Origin: Macrostomum lignano
Lineage: Eukaryota
Assembly: GCA_002269645.1 (NCBI GenBank)
Contig: NIVC01001368.1
Location: 124,001-188,000, forward strand
Direction: 5' to 3'
DNA length: 64,000 bases
The position numbers and the translations under genes were made by a program. Positions 12,811 to 25,800 of the stretch are shown here, one piece after another (position 1 is the first letter of the stretch; each line of letters begins with the position of its first letter). The notes under the pieces are model-generated. The model was not told the DNA's origin. It saw only the letters and a program-made list of their open reading frames with translations, and did not search any database.

Positions 12811-13836
12811 ACTGTCAAATGCGAGGCCAGCCGCCAAGTGGTGCATTCTCGATTCTTTGGATTCTCTTGTCAACATAGTAAGTATAAAAAATTAACAAAC
12901 GTTTATACTTGGGGCAGAAACCGAAATTGATACTATTTCTGGGACGCCCCGCACATATTTTCATGCACCTATAAGCTATATTTATTGTATAAAAAATATC
13001 ACCCGGTATGCATTTGAATCTGCGGATATATTTATTATTCGATTATTTTTCTAGCCAAACAGTTCGGCAGCAGATAGGGACTACTTGCTATAGCCAAGCC
13101 TCATGTGCAAGCAGCGAGAGATGGAACGAGCCATAGGAACCTGGAATTTGACAAGAAACTTTCCTACAATCATCGTGCTCAATAATTTAAGTTTCAGCAT
13201 TGCATGGCTGGGAGCACTGAAAATTGCATCTTTCCCTCGAATATTAAATAGCAGAAAATTTCCACCGGCGGTATGCGAACGAGCTGCCAAGCTGCAGCCT
13301 CGCAATTACGGACAATGAGAGTTGAAACTGCAGGTTTCATCTGCAATCAATCTGCCTTGCAATTTAAGGAGCTATTTCCCTTCAACTCGAATTGCAGACT
13401 GAATCGTTGCGAGCTACACTTGGCCCTGACTAATTACTGACACGTCAGTTATGCTCGTGAAATGGCTAGGATTTAAAAAGATATGGTGGGGCAGATTTGG
13501 ACATGAAACTGCTAACAAACCTGATGAACTGAGGATACGCATGCTTCAGTCCTAAACCATCGGCCAGATACTGTGTTTTCCGAGTCCTGCAGTTTCAGCC
13601 AGTGAGAGTTGCTCACTTGCGGCAATCACTCAGTTCCTCTGATCAGAGAGCGGGCATTGGCTAGCAGCTCACGCAGCAGGTTAAAGCTTTTCCCTCTGGG
13701 GATAAATCCAGATCCAGAATCCCACACAGAGCTTTCTATTCATTGAGCTTCAAATCTTATCGATAGACTGAACTTGCAATTTCGCTGTTAAAAGCAATTT
13801 CTCTCGCCTAAATTCTGCCGAGTCACTTACAGAGTG

Positions 13837-16800
13837 ATGCGGCACCAAAAAATTGTCTTTTTAGGCCTCTTCCTGCTCTGGCCAGTTGCTGGGGCGGCTC
13901 GACAAGCGGCTACCGTGCTCTGCATCATCTCTGACAAGGCTCCGTTCTCAGCCGACGCTGACTACTTCCGGTATGCTTTTGGCTACATCAACACTAACTT
14001 GAGCACCCTACTCTCCTTGCATGGATAAATCATGGATGAAGCATCCATGATGCCATGTATGGATCATACCTGAACATGTATGGAGCCATACCTGATCATA
14101 CATGGTTCCACGTAAACTTCATCCATGGTTACTTTCCATCCATGTACATTGATGTATGATTTTAAATATAATTTTCCTTACTACACTACTGTTAGTAGAA
14201 CGCAATGTTTGCGTAGGTTCATTTTAAAGCTGAAATTTTCTAAACAAATTCGGCAGCATCTTTAGTGCTGCTGAGAAATATGTTTCCATTCCCTTATAAA
14301 TCACTTTCAAAACAAAAAAGTATCAGAACAAATACTTATGCAATTAAATGTAGAAGTAATTGAAAACTCGTATGATGACCATTTCGAGACTTATATTATT
14401 AATGATAATTAGGCATAATTCATTTCAAAGTACTGTAAGAAAAAATAAGACAGCTCAGTCTCAGAGAGCTTTAAAATACAGAATGGACAGAATTTGACGC
14501 ATTTCAAGGTACTGTAAGAAAAAATAAGACAGCTCAGAGAGCTTTAAAATACAGAATAGACAGAATTTGACGCATTTCAAGGTACTGTAAGAAAAAATAA
14601 AACAGCTCAGAGAGCTTTAAAATACAGAATAGACAGAATTTTACGCATTTCAAGGTACTGTAAGAAAAAATAAAACAGCTCAGAGAGCTTTAAAATACAG
14701 AATAGACAGAATTTGACGCATTTCAAGGTACTGTAAGAAAAATAAAACAGCTCAGAGAGCTTTAAGATACAGAATAGACAGAATTTGACGCATTTCAAGG
14801 TACTGTAAGAAAAAATAAAACAGCTCAGAGAGCTTTAAGATACAGAATAGACAGAATTTGACGCATTTCAAGGTACTGTAAGAAAAAATAAAACAGTAAA
14901 TTTTACTGAACAGTCAATAAATAGAATTAGCCGAATTCGGTACGCATTAAGGGCAAGGGCCGACTAATCCTTTACGAAACGAAGTTAATGCTGCATTAGT
15001 CAATTATTTGCGCACAGAAACTTGGAGATTTTGAATATGGAGAGATCGGACAAAGAGAGGTAACGGTGGGAGTCTGAGAGGGAGGAAGTTGGGCATCTGG
15101 AAAGTTATTCTGATTCCCTGATGGTTTTATCTTGGTCATGGAGCATAATTTTATTTTCTGCCAGACTTTGCAGCATTAATAATAAAATAATCGGATCTAA
15201 GGTACGGACACATACTCGTACCTTTTTAATCATGTTCAAACTCTTTGAACAATGGCACAGCGCAATAACAGTCTTTGCTGAACGATTCTACTGGAACAGC
15301 GATGCAGGGTCGATCGACCTCTGAAAAATTAACTATACGTTCGCGTCTGGCCGATCTGGGCGCATTAGACAGGGATATCAATACAAAATTGAATGTCGAA
15401 GACTTTTTGAACATGGATTCCAGCAATGCTTTCCAATTAAGTAAATCGATGGGGAAAGTTGCTGCTGGTACTCGTAAAACAAAATCAAACAGCGAACCAA
15501 TGGGATCCAAAATTTGCACTCGAATAGTATTAGGCTCGAGGAACTCTGCAATAGTGCAGATTTCGCCGGACTTCAATTGGCAAAGATGGTTAGAATTTTT
15601 CGACGCACAAGCTGAGCTTGTCGAGAAAAAATGTCCATTAAAATAAGCAAGTGAGTTTCGAAGAATACCATGTGGCCTGGATGGCTCTAAAGATATAGAG
15701 TTAACTGCATCCACTACAATAGAGTCCTTAACACAAGAAAAGTAGTGATGTAGCAACTTTTGAAACAAAAACTTGCGAACAAGCTGTGGGCCAAATGACA
15801 CAGTTCCGCATAAGAACTTTTTGAACATGCCAATGGAGCTCTCAAATGCGAACATAGAATAATTAAATACAGGTCCGTACAATTCGTACTGTTCAGCCAT
15901 ATGCAAAAGCAGGTGGAAATTAAGGCGGAGTACTTTCGGTCCGAATATTTGCTGAGCATTGGAGATAAAAGCTTTGCATAGCTTTTCGATATCAGTCTTA
16001 TTTGATTGGGGGCTATACAACATGTGATAAATAAGAACTAAATTAGTTAACAGCAGTTTCAATGGAAAATGCGAAATTCTCTGCAAAAACGTAGGAAGAA
16101 GAAAGTATAGCGCAAAGTTTTTAAAATGCTTTGCTTTCCAATCTGAAAAGCCTTTAAAATTTGTGTTGATTGTGATGCTAGAAGGAGTTATAGATTGACG
16201 AATACAATTAGATATGAAATCCATGCAATTAGCTGAGCAAAAATACAACTCGCGCCTGTTTGCAGGTAATGACAGCTCTTCTAGTAGATACTTGGTGTGG
16301 CCTTCGAAAAAGCAGTGTAAACTGTCAATAGGATTGCAGCTGGGAAACGGAACATAGTCTAACAAGCAACTGCGCATCTTTACGCCAAAAACAGGCCGAT
16401 TTCGAATTTGTGCGAGCCGACAGTGTTCAAGATGGGAAGATGGGTTTCTCAAAGGAAACAAGTAGCCTTCACCATAGCGGAAGATCCAGTTTTTACCTTT
16501 CTCGGATACTTTAAAGCTCTCACCTGGGTGCAAGCACCTAGGACAGCTAAACGCACCATTGTACTGGTGAATGCAGAAGAGCTTAGCAAGAGCGGGCAAG
16601 TCACAAACAAAGAGTGTGTAATGGACATGAACGGTGTATTCCGAGAATATAAACTGTTTTGGCAAATTGTTCATAATTTCAGACAGAAAAGACTGGAAAT
16701 GCGGGACTGCCTTCGATGAAACAAGAGCAATTAGAATTAAATTTGCAAAGCGTTGACGGATGTAAACAGGAAGGTTTAGAAGTTGAGCCTGAAATGGCCA

Positions 16801-19800
16801 AAAGCTACTCTGAACAGATTCAAAAAAATTGGCGCCATCAGCTGAGATTAGAAGATGCAAGTGAAGCGACTTGCCAGAAGATAGGCTTAAGCCTTGTTCT
16901 TTAACTATTTTGGAATTCAAAACGTCTGTGTTTTTATCCTTTTGCAATTCTTGCTCATACTGCAGAATAGTTGAAGTGTGGCTGCTTAAGATAGTCCGCA
17001 GCTGTGGAACAATATTGAGCTGTGTCACAGCAACCTTTGACTTTGGGGAATGAACCTGACACTGGCTTTTGCATTCTGGGCAAAAGCCAAATTCAGACAC
17101 GTCACTATCATCAAGAGGGCAAGTATCTTGAATCAATGATTTGAGCAACTTGACGCTATTTGGAAGAGCTAGAGAATCTCTACTAAAAATAGAAAGTAGC
17201 TTCAGGAGTCTATCAAGAGCAGCCTCTGAAACTCCGGAAGTAATTGCCCACTGAAAAATCAGAGCCGCCTGCACACTGGGATCTGAGATGGAAGCCAAAT
17301 TCGCTAAGCTATCTGAACTCTCCTCAAGCACAGGCACAGCATTGTTTTCACCAATAAAAGTTTCCACAGCGTCAGGACAGCTGTGCGAGTGCGTTACACC
17401 GGCTTCGCTTGAAATTGAACTCCTATTACTTGTAGAAAAACTATTTGAGGGAGAAGAAATCGCCTGACAAGAGTAGGCTGAGTAATTAGTAGAAAGAGAG
17501 TGCTCAGATTCTGATTTACTAGACATAAAAATAGCAATTCAAATATTCAAAAGTTACTAGAATTTTTTCCGCAATTCACGGTCCCATTCGCCTTGAGCGG
17601 GAAATGGAATCCCCTGACTCGGGTCCAGAAGCAGCAGTTGAAGTTCGCTTTCTCGCCCGTGTCTCCTCCCTGGCCAGCTGATTGAGATGGTCTCGTACAG
17701 ACTTCCAGATTTCGTGGAAGTCGTAGCCAGATGTTCGATAGCACAATTGAAGCAAACCTGAAAATTCACGAGTATAGTAAAATATTTTTACAATAGACAT
17801 TGTGTACTGTGTTTATAGTAGAAATAGGCTAAATTTAAAAGGAAGTTGATTTATGATGCTAATCATTAAATAGGTCAATGGGATGTATTGAACTTTAGAA
17901 CTATTTTTCCTCAATTTCTTTTATCTCAGACCTAAATGTGTTTTTTTAGAAAATATCCCAAGTATTGGATTCAGATCATTTAGCATTAATTAGCCTAAAT
18001 TGCTTTATAATAAAAAAATTGCACAAAACTGTGAAAAAATTATATATATATATTTACGTTGAAACTCTGTCACATGCTCAGATGGAGCAGGCCTTCGGGA
18101 ACTGCGAGCACCACAGGATGAATCGATTATATGCTCAAGCAAGTAGCCTTCGCCAAATCGCAGCTTGATATACCTTCGGAGGAACACCTTAGGATCGTTG
18201 CAAAGAATTGAAGACAGCTCAGCTAGGGAACCATCAATGCACCTAAATTCCTAAAAAATGTTATTATATAGTAGAACTTTTATACTACAGACGTGATGCT
18301 GCTGATGCTAAGAAAAAACTGACATACCTCATTTTGGTATTCTTTAATTGTTAGCATTCCACCAAAGTTGTCATCCTTTTTTAAAAGTCGGCATATCCTT
18401 GCAGCAAGACGCTTCTCAAGAGAAAGCAACTCGGATTGAATGAACAGTTTTAGATCTAGAGTAAGATATATGCTCATATATAAAAATATGGTGATTTTGA
18501 TTTTTAATAATGTGATTGTATCATATTAAAAAAATAAAATTATACCTTTCATTGTTGCATCCGATTCACTGTTTACTATCTGTACCCCTCGGAGGGGTTG
18601 CACTTCTTGAATTGCACCTAGTGATAAAAAAGGCTTATTGCTACAAAAATATTGACTCATTTGGTATTTGGTTTTCAATTAGGTGTAATAGAATATACAA
18701 ACTTGATTCCAAGAGGCCTGTGGCACGAGCTTGCTCATTTTCAACCAAAGATGCCTCTCTCTCAAATGCAGAAATGGCTTTTTCTAAAAAATAATAATTA
18801 ATCAAATAATACAACAAAAAAAACAAATTGCAAACAATTAATAGTTCATATATATTGCAGTTTTACCCATTGATTGAGTAGCTGGTATCGCCAAATTTGG
18901 TTCGCCACTTTCACTATCCACTTCATAAAGCTCGTCAAGTAGTCCATGCTGATGACAACTAGAACTTGAAGCAACCTGCTTTGAACTAGATGACCTTATT
19001 GTCCTTACATTTGCAATGCCAGCTTGGGGATCTTTCATTGCAAAAAGCTCAATAGCTTGGCTAATCAATGAATCAGTATTTTCAGCCTCACTAACCAAGT
19101 TGGAAAGTTGGTTCATAGTTGAAGCCATTTGCCTTTCACTACCTTTTGCCACAAGTGTAGCAGAAAATAGTTTGCCATACATGCGTAAAAAGACTTTAGT
19201 CCCCTAAAATATAATTTAATAAAGTAATATTACATTTGTAGTTGGAATAATTTGTTTTAGAAACCATGTACTCAATAACAAAATATTATGCATATAAATC
19301 CAACTTAAAATCTTACTTGTGCAAGTTCCAACTTTTCATCATTAGTTATTGTACTTGGCCAATAGGGAGACCCAAATGCAATGGTCACATATTGCTCATC
19401 ATGGCCAACATTGTGAAGAATAAAGCAGAAAAACAATGCTGAATTGTCATTTCCAAATTTAGAAGTACTTTTTGTCTGCTTTCGAAGAGGCCTAGAATTA
19501 GATGCACTTAATCCAATATCATCCATAACAATTTGTTCTGAAAAAGTTTCACAAGGAGATAAGGTTTGAAGAATCAATCAAGAGGCCAATGACAAACCAA
19601 TTAGAATTGTATATAAAAAAAATTTAATGTAGGGACCCTAGGCCCCTATGATTTTAAATAAAAATTATAATATAAGGCCTAGGCCCTATATATAGGCCTA
19701 TAATTATAAAGTTGTGCCATTGTGGATTTTCTGATACAAAGTAGACAATATTAGGCCTAATTGGGCCTAGTCTAGTCTAGTTTTGATTATAGACTGTATA

Positions 19801-22800
19801 TTAGATACAAAGGACATGAAAGGTCTCGAAATTAAGTACCAATTACCATAATATACTATTATTTTTTATTATTTTGAAACTGTCAGCCTACCATGTGATT
19901 TTTATCATTAGGCTATGGCCTAGGTCTAGGATGCCACTTTAGACTAGGCCTTTGGCTTTGGTTAGGCCAACCTATCATTATAAAAATGCAGCAAAATATC
20001 ATTCAAAAATATACATCTAACCCCTATAGGTTATCTTTGCATCCCAAATATAATATATAATAGGGTTTCTATTTTCTAATATATCTACAAATACAATTTT
20101 CACTGAAGGAGTGAAGATCAAAATTAGCATGTCAAAAAACCTTACAAGCCACCGAATTTTAAAACTAGCTACCAAAAGTGGAACTGGAAGTATATAGCTA
20201 AGAAAAAACATAAACATAAACATAGCACATAGTGACACATAATGAAATGATGACAACATGCAAGAGTGACAGAGTCCTCTTAGAAAGGAAAAATAGGCCT
20301 AGTAATTTATGTTTATGGGAAGTTAAGTCCGTAATTAACTAAACCGAAACAAAATGGCCAACAAAATTGCTGGTAATATATTCAAAGCAATTTGTAGGTG
20401 AAGATTTTAACAAATTTATTAAACTATTTTTTGTATTTACAATTTCGCTTTTATTAAATATATTTAAAACTTTATTAGATATACATAAAATAGCCTGAAA
20501 TTTTTTATAAGCTTAGTTATTTATTTTCCCGTATGAACTCCCTGACATGGATGATTTTACCATGGAAAGTTTTAAAAATCCATGCATGAAAATACCATGA
20601 ACATGCATGATTTATCAATGGATCATGGATCATAGATGATTTATCCATGATAAGAGAGTAGGGCAGCCTGTTTCCCGAGGTGCAGTTCAACTACCAGCAA
20701 ATTGTGACTGACGGGGTGAGAATCCCGCTATTCTACCTGCATGACTATTCATACTGTAAAGACTTCACTTTAGATTGTAGAACGAAAATTTGGGGGGGGG
20801 GGTGCTTGCTATCTGGACAGATTGCAGAAACAGGTAAAAACACCACCCCCAAACACTGAATAAAGTACAAGCTAACATCACTAACAAAAATCAACCCAGC
20901 CAAGTCACCACACTAATATTAGAAATGGCGAAATTTCAATGCGAACTCCGCACCGCAGGACAAGCTCGGCAGCGCGGCCAAGGCTCTGTTCGATGGCTAC
21001 CTGAGCCCGCCCAACAAAGCTCTGCTCCTCGGACCGGCCTTCTCCCAGCAGGCGCAGATCGTGGCCGACATCGCCCAGTTCTACTACCTGCCGCAGGTGA
21101 CTGCAGGGACGGCAGTCAAACAATTGTTGACGCCTTGATAGTATAGAAACTCCCCTATCAGAACATCGAGTTATTTAACTCAGTTCCACTACAAGGTCCA
21201 AAGAAGGAGTGAAAATAAATCTCTGCTGTGTGTGGGCTCAGGGCCATAGACACCTGGGAACCACCACAGTAAGTTTATTTTATAAAGTAGAGCAGAGCAG
21301 AATTTAAAGAAAGCCAAGAGGCCTAGAAGACGCTTGGCGTGAGCGCTCTGAAATATATCACTATTTTCCATTGGGTATTGTATAATTAAATTGATGCAAA
21401 ATGTGGGTATTATAAAAAGAAATAATGCCATTATATAAAATTAATTATGAGTACAAAACTCTCGCAATCGTCTGACAACAACCGAATGACTCCGTCTCCT
21501 TAGTGCATACATAACAGTGGCGTCGCAAGCTTTTGGACTTAGTCAACTTGCGAGATATGTCGAAGTCACCAGGAAAAGTACCTGGTAAGACACCAGTGAA
21601 GTCTCCAGTGAAGATGCCAGCAATAGCTCCGAGCATGCTCTCACAGGATGCGACTTTGTCGAACCAAAGCAGCCGTCCAACGTCGGGAATGGCCGAAATA
21701 GAGCGATTGGACGAGAACTCTAGCCTGGAGCGATGGATGGATCGCTTCGAGATCGCGTCGAAGTTCTTCAACTGGAGCGCGACCGACAAGGCTCAGGTGC
21801 TGCTTTTGAGACTCGCACCGCAGCTGTTTGAAAAACTGGCGGACTATCTGGCGCCCAAAAAGCCTGGAGATAAGATATTCGACGAGCTGAAAACAGCGCT
21901 GGAGGATATAATGCTGCCCAAAACGTACGTCCTTGCCGAAAGATTCAATTTTCAAAGTATAAGACGAGAACCAAACGAAACAGTGCGAGTGTTCTCCGAG
22001 CGATTGATCAAAGCGGCAGAAAAGTGTGAGTTTCAAAACAAGGACGAAAGACTGCGTGATCAGTTCATTTGCGGCCTAAACAACCAAGGCATTATTGGGA
22101 AGCTCATCGTCAAAGATCACAAGAAGCTCAGTTTTAAGGACGCAGCTAGCGAAGCAGAAGCGCATGCAAGTCTGTTGGAGACTCCTATTATGAAGAGTGC
22201 ACCAAAAACTGATGCTGGGTCCATCTTAAAGGTCGATTTATCGAAGCCTAGAACCGTCGAAAAGAAGAGCAATCGGACTCACGGAAAGGGTCTCGAGAAG
22301 GCGTGTCAAAAGTGTGGACGCGCACATGCCAGGATGCAGTGCCCAGCGTTTGGGAAAATTTGTAATAAGTGCGGTAAGCCTAATCATTTTGCGAAGGTCT
22401 GCAGAAATGGTGAGAGTAAAAGCAGGACATCAGGCGGAAATTCTGTACAACATGTAGCTGGGAGTGGAAACATTTTCGCGGCGGAAGCCCGAAGGTGTTG
22501 TCAGCGACAGCAGCCTCGAGAGCCGATTGCTATCACGGTGAAGATTCTCGAAGCAAACAGAGGGCATCCCATCCGTTGCGAGCTCGATACGGGAGCTGGA
22601 GTGTCGATCTTGTCAGAAGCCTTGTGGAACCAACTTGGTCGCCCAACTCTAAGACCTTCGGAAGTAAAGCTGGGAGGCTATGCGAGTGACCATACGTTTC
22701 AGGTATTGGGAAGGTATGAAGCGACTGTTGATATCGAAGGCGAATTTCGGACAATCAATTTTGAAGTTGTGAAAGGGAACAAGAGCTACGCTCTTCTTGG

Positions 22801-25800
22801 AAGGGACGTGCTTTGTGTCCATTTGGAATCAAGTCAGGCTGTGGGAGAGGCGGCACCTTGTGCATCTATGAAAGCGCATCTAGAGTTAAAGGCGGGCGCG
22901 ACACCGGAGCACATAAAGGCAAGGCCGTTGCCTTTTGCCCAACGTGAAGCTGTTCAGAGAGAGATAGATCGATTGCTCCAGGAGGGAATCATAGAGCCTG
23001 TACGTTTCGCAGAGTGGGCATCGCCTATTGTGGTCGTGCCGAAACAACGTGGAGGAATTCGGCTTTGCGTGGATTACAAAAGGACTCTAAACCCGCAATT
23101 GGTACCTGACAGCTACCCGATGCCGACTCCGGAAGAGGCGTTTTCAGTAGTATCTGGCTGCAAGCGATACACGCTGCTCGACTTGGAGAAAGCCTACAAT
23201 CAAATCGAGCTGGATGCCGGATCAAAGCCGCTAACAGTGATGTCAACACCATTTGGGAATTACCAATATAACAGACTAGTGTGCGGGATAAAAACGGCGC
23301 CGTCCATTTTCCAAAGATATATCTCAGAAGTAATTCAGGGAATTAATGGATCTATAGCCTACATAGATGATGTGTTGATCGGTGGAAAGGATGAGGACGA
23401 GCTGTTGTCAAGAGAGGAGGAGGTTCTGCAGCGGCTGGAAGCAGAGGGACTGCGTGTAAATAAGGAGAAGTGCCAGCGGAATCAAAGCAGGATTCGGTTT
23501 TTGGGCCACATACTCGACAACGGCAACATTTACCCAGACGAAGAAAAAGTTCGTGCAATTAAAGACATGGAAGCGCCTAAAAACCTGGCTGAGCTAGAAT
23601 AATTCCTGGGATTAGTGGCATTTTGCTCGCGGTTCATTCAGAATTTAGGTGACCTGACTGCTCCGCTGATGCAGCTGAAGCAAAAAAATGTACCCTTCGA
23701 GTGGGGACCGAAACAGAGCAAGGCGCTGGAAAACCTCAAAGCTTCAATATCTAGAGATGCGCAGCTAACGGCCTATGATCCAGATCGGCCTGTGGAGCTC
23801 GAGGTCGATGCTTCGCAGAAGGCCCTGGGAGGAATTCTGAGCCAGGAGGGTCGTCCAGTGCTCTACATCAGCAAAATATTGTCGAAGGCTGAGCGAAACT
23901 ACTCGCAGATAGAACGTGAGGCGTTGGCCATAGTTTGGGGTGTTCGCAGATGCCATCGATTCTTGTGTGGCAGGAAGTTTACGCTGGTTACCGACCACAA
24001 ACCGCTGGTTTACATATTTGCCGTGGACAGCGAGCTACCTGCTCGTGTTTCAGCGAGATTGCAGCGTTGGTCGATTTTGCTTACGGCGTATGACTACGAA
24101 ATCAAATATCGAAACACCAAGGCGATGTCATCAGATGCGTTGTCCAGACTAGTATCGCAGCATAAGAGTGAAGCAACTTTGGAGATTGGAAATGTAAATT
24201 CTTTCTGCACGCTGTTGCCAACTGAAGAGATTGTAAAAGCAACTCGAGAATGCAACGAGATGCAGCGCTTGTTGAGTGCTGCATCTCGTTGCATTAGATG
24301 CATAGATCAGATCAGGAAGTTTCAAGTCACCGAAGCTACGAGCCTTCAAGCCGGTCCGAGATGAGCTCACAGTACAAGACGGTCTAATTCTTCGAGGTCA
24401 TAGAGTAGGGATACCTCGATCATTGCGTTGTAAGACGATCGGAGTGGTTCACCAAGCACACCTGGGAATAGTCAAATCTAAATCTCTGGCAAGAACTGAG
24501 CTCTGGTGGCCAGCGATGGACAAAGACTTGGAGAAAACCATTAGCAAGTGCCGGGTATGCCGATCAGCCAAACCACAAAATAGAGATTTTCGGACGCCCT
24601 GGCCGCAGGCTGCTGGGCCATGGCAGCGAGTTTATGCAGATTTTGCAGGACCAATTCAGAAACAGTACATCTTGGTGCTGGTAGACGCATACACTGGTTA
24701 CCCAGAGATTTACATCGTTAATGACATGAAGTCGACCACAGTAATAGAGCGTCTCCGTCGAACGTTTTCCCAGTTCGGAGTACCACAAACTTTGGTTACC
24801 GACAACGGGCCGAGCTTTATGAGTTCTGAATTGAACCAGTGGCTCACGGAAATCGACTGCGAGCATCTTACTACGCCAGCATATCATCCGCAAAGCAACG
24901 GTGCGGCTGAACGGCTGGTAAGAACTGTGAAGGAGACAATAGAAGCAAACGGGTTCAGTCAGAAGACGATTGACCGTTTTTTTTGTTTTATCGAGCGTCG
25001 GCTGGCAGAAACGGTGTTTCACCTGCAGAGCAAATGTTTGCGAGAAGGATTCGGGTGCCGTTCACTGCTAGGCAGGTCGGTCTCGAGGAGCAGGTGATTT
25101 ACAAGAACTTCCGAGATGCTGCGGTTCCGGCAAGAATTGTGCTACCGCTAGGAAGGAGCATGGCGCTCATCAAGACTGAGGAACAGAAGCCAGTCTACCG
25201 GAGGGCTCATCTGGATCAACTGAGGCCATGCACTGACTCTGATCAACAGCCTGGAGGGCAAACGGATCAGACGGCAGAGCAGTCCGATATCGACCAGCTG
25301 CCCAAGTCCGGGGAAGAGGGAGAGCCGGAGGACAAAGAGCATCTCCCACCGGAGGATCAAGGCCAGCCACGGCGCAGCTACCGACTGGCGCTAAAGCCAC
25401 GAGTTGACTATAGATGCTGATGTTGGCTTGCATTGTCTATTCACTAACTTGCGCTACCCATTGTAAGGGGGAAGGTGCTGTGTGTGGGCTCAGTGGGCTC
25501 AGGGAACCACCACAGTAAGTTTATTTTATAAAGTAGAGCAGAGCAGAATTTAAAGAAAGCCAAGAGGCCTAGAAGACGCTTGGCGTGAGCGCTCTGAAAT
25601 ATATGAGTACAAAACTCTCGCAATCGTCTGACAACAACCGAATGACTCCGTCTCCTTAGTGCATACATAACAATCTCGAATGACACAACTACAGAGTACG
25701 GATTGGGGCATCATCCATTGACACGAAAAAATAGCGGCAGGGTTGGTGGGGCGTTTCTCAAAACCATGAATTTCTAGGTTGGCTACTCAAAATAGTTCAA

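Larger units (their letters stand above)
14006..20663 (-). mobile_element. CMC superfamily (EnSpm/CACTA-Mirage type) DNA transposon, 6658 bp, apparently autonomous
   Basis: Ends CCCTACTCTCcttgCATGGATAAATCAT ... ATGATTTATCCATGataaGAGAGTAGGG; 2-bp TSD CA (14004-14005, 20664-20665); CATGGAT-type subterminal repeats at both ends; transposase plus second gene inside. Confidence 0.93.

Noticed and set aside
20017-20259. Extra 5' exon of the CMC accessory or transposase gene
   Set aside because: No unambiguous start, phase or motif could be assigned; left unannotated.
21359-21448. CACTA-start mini-element within the 5' LTR
   Set aside because: Begins CACTA but there is no TAGTG at the other end and no TIR.
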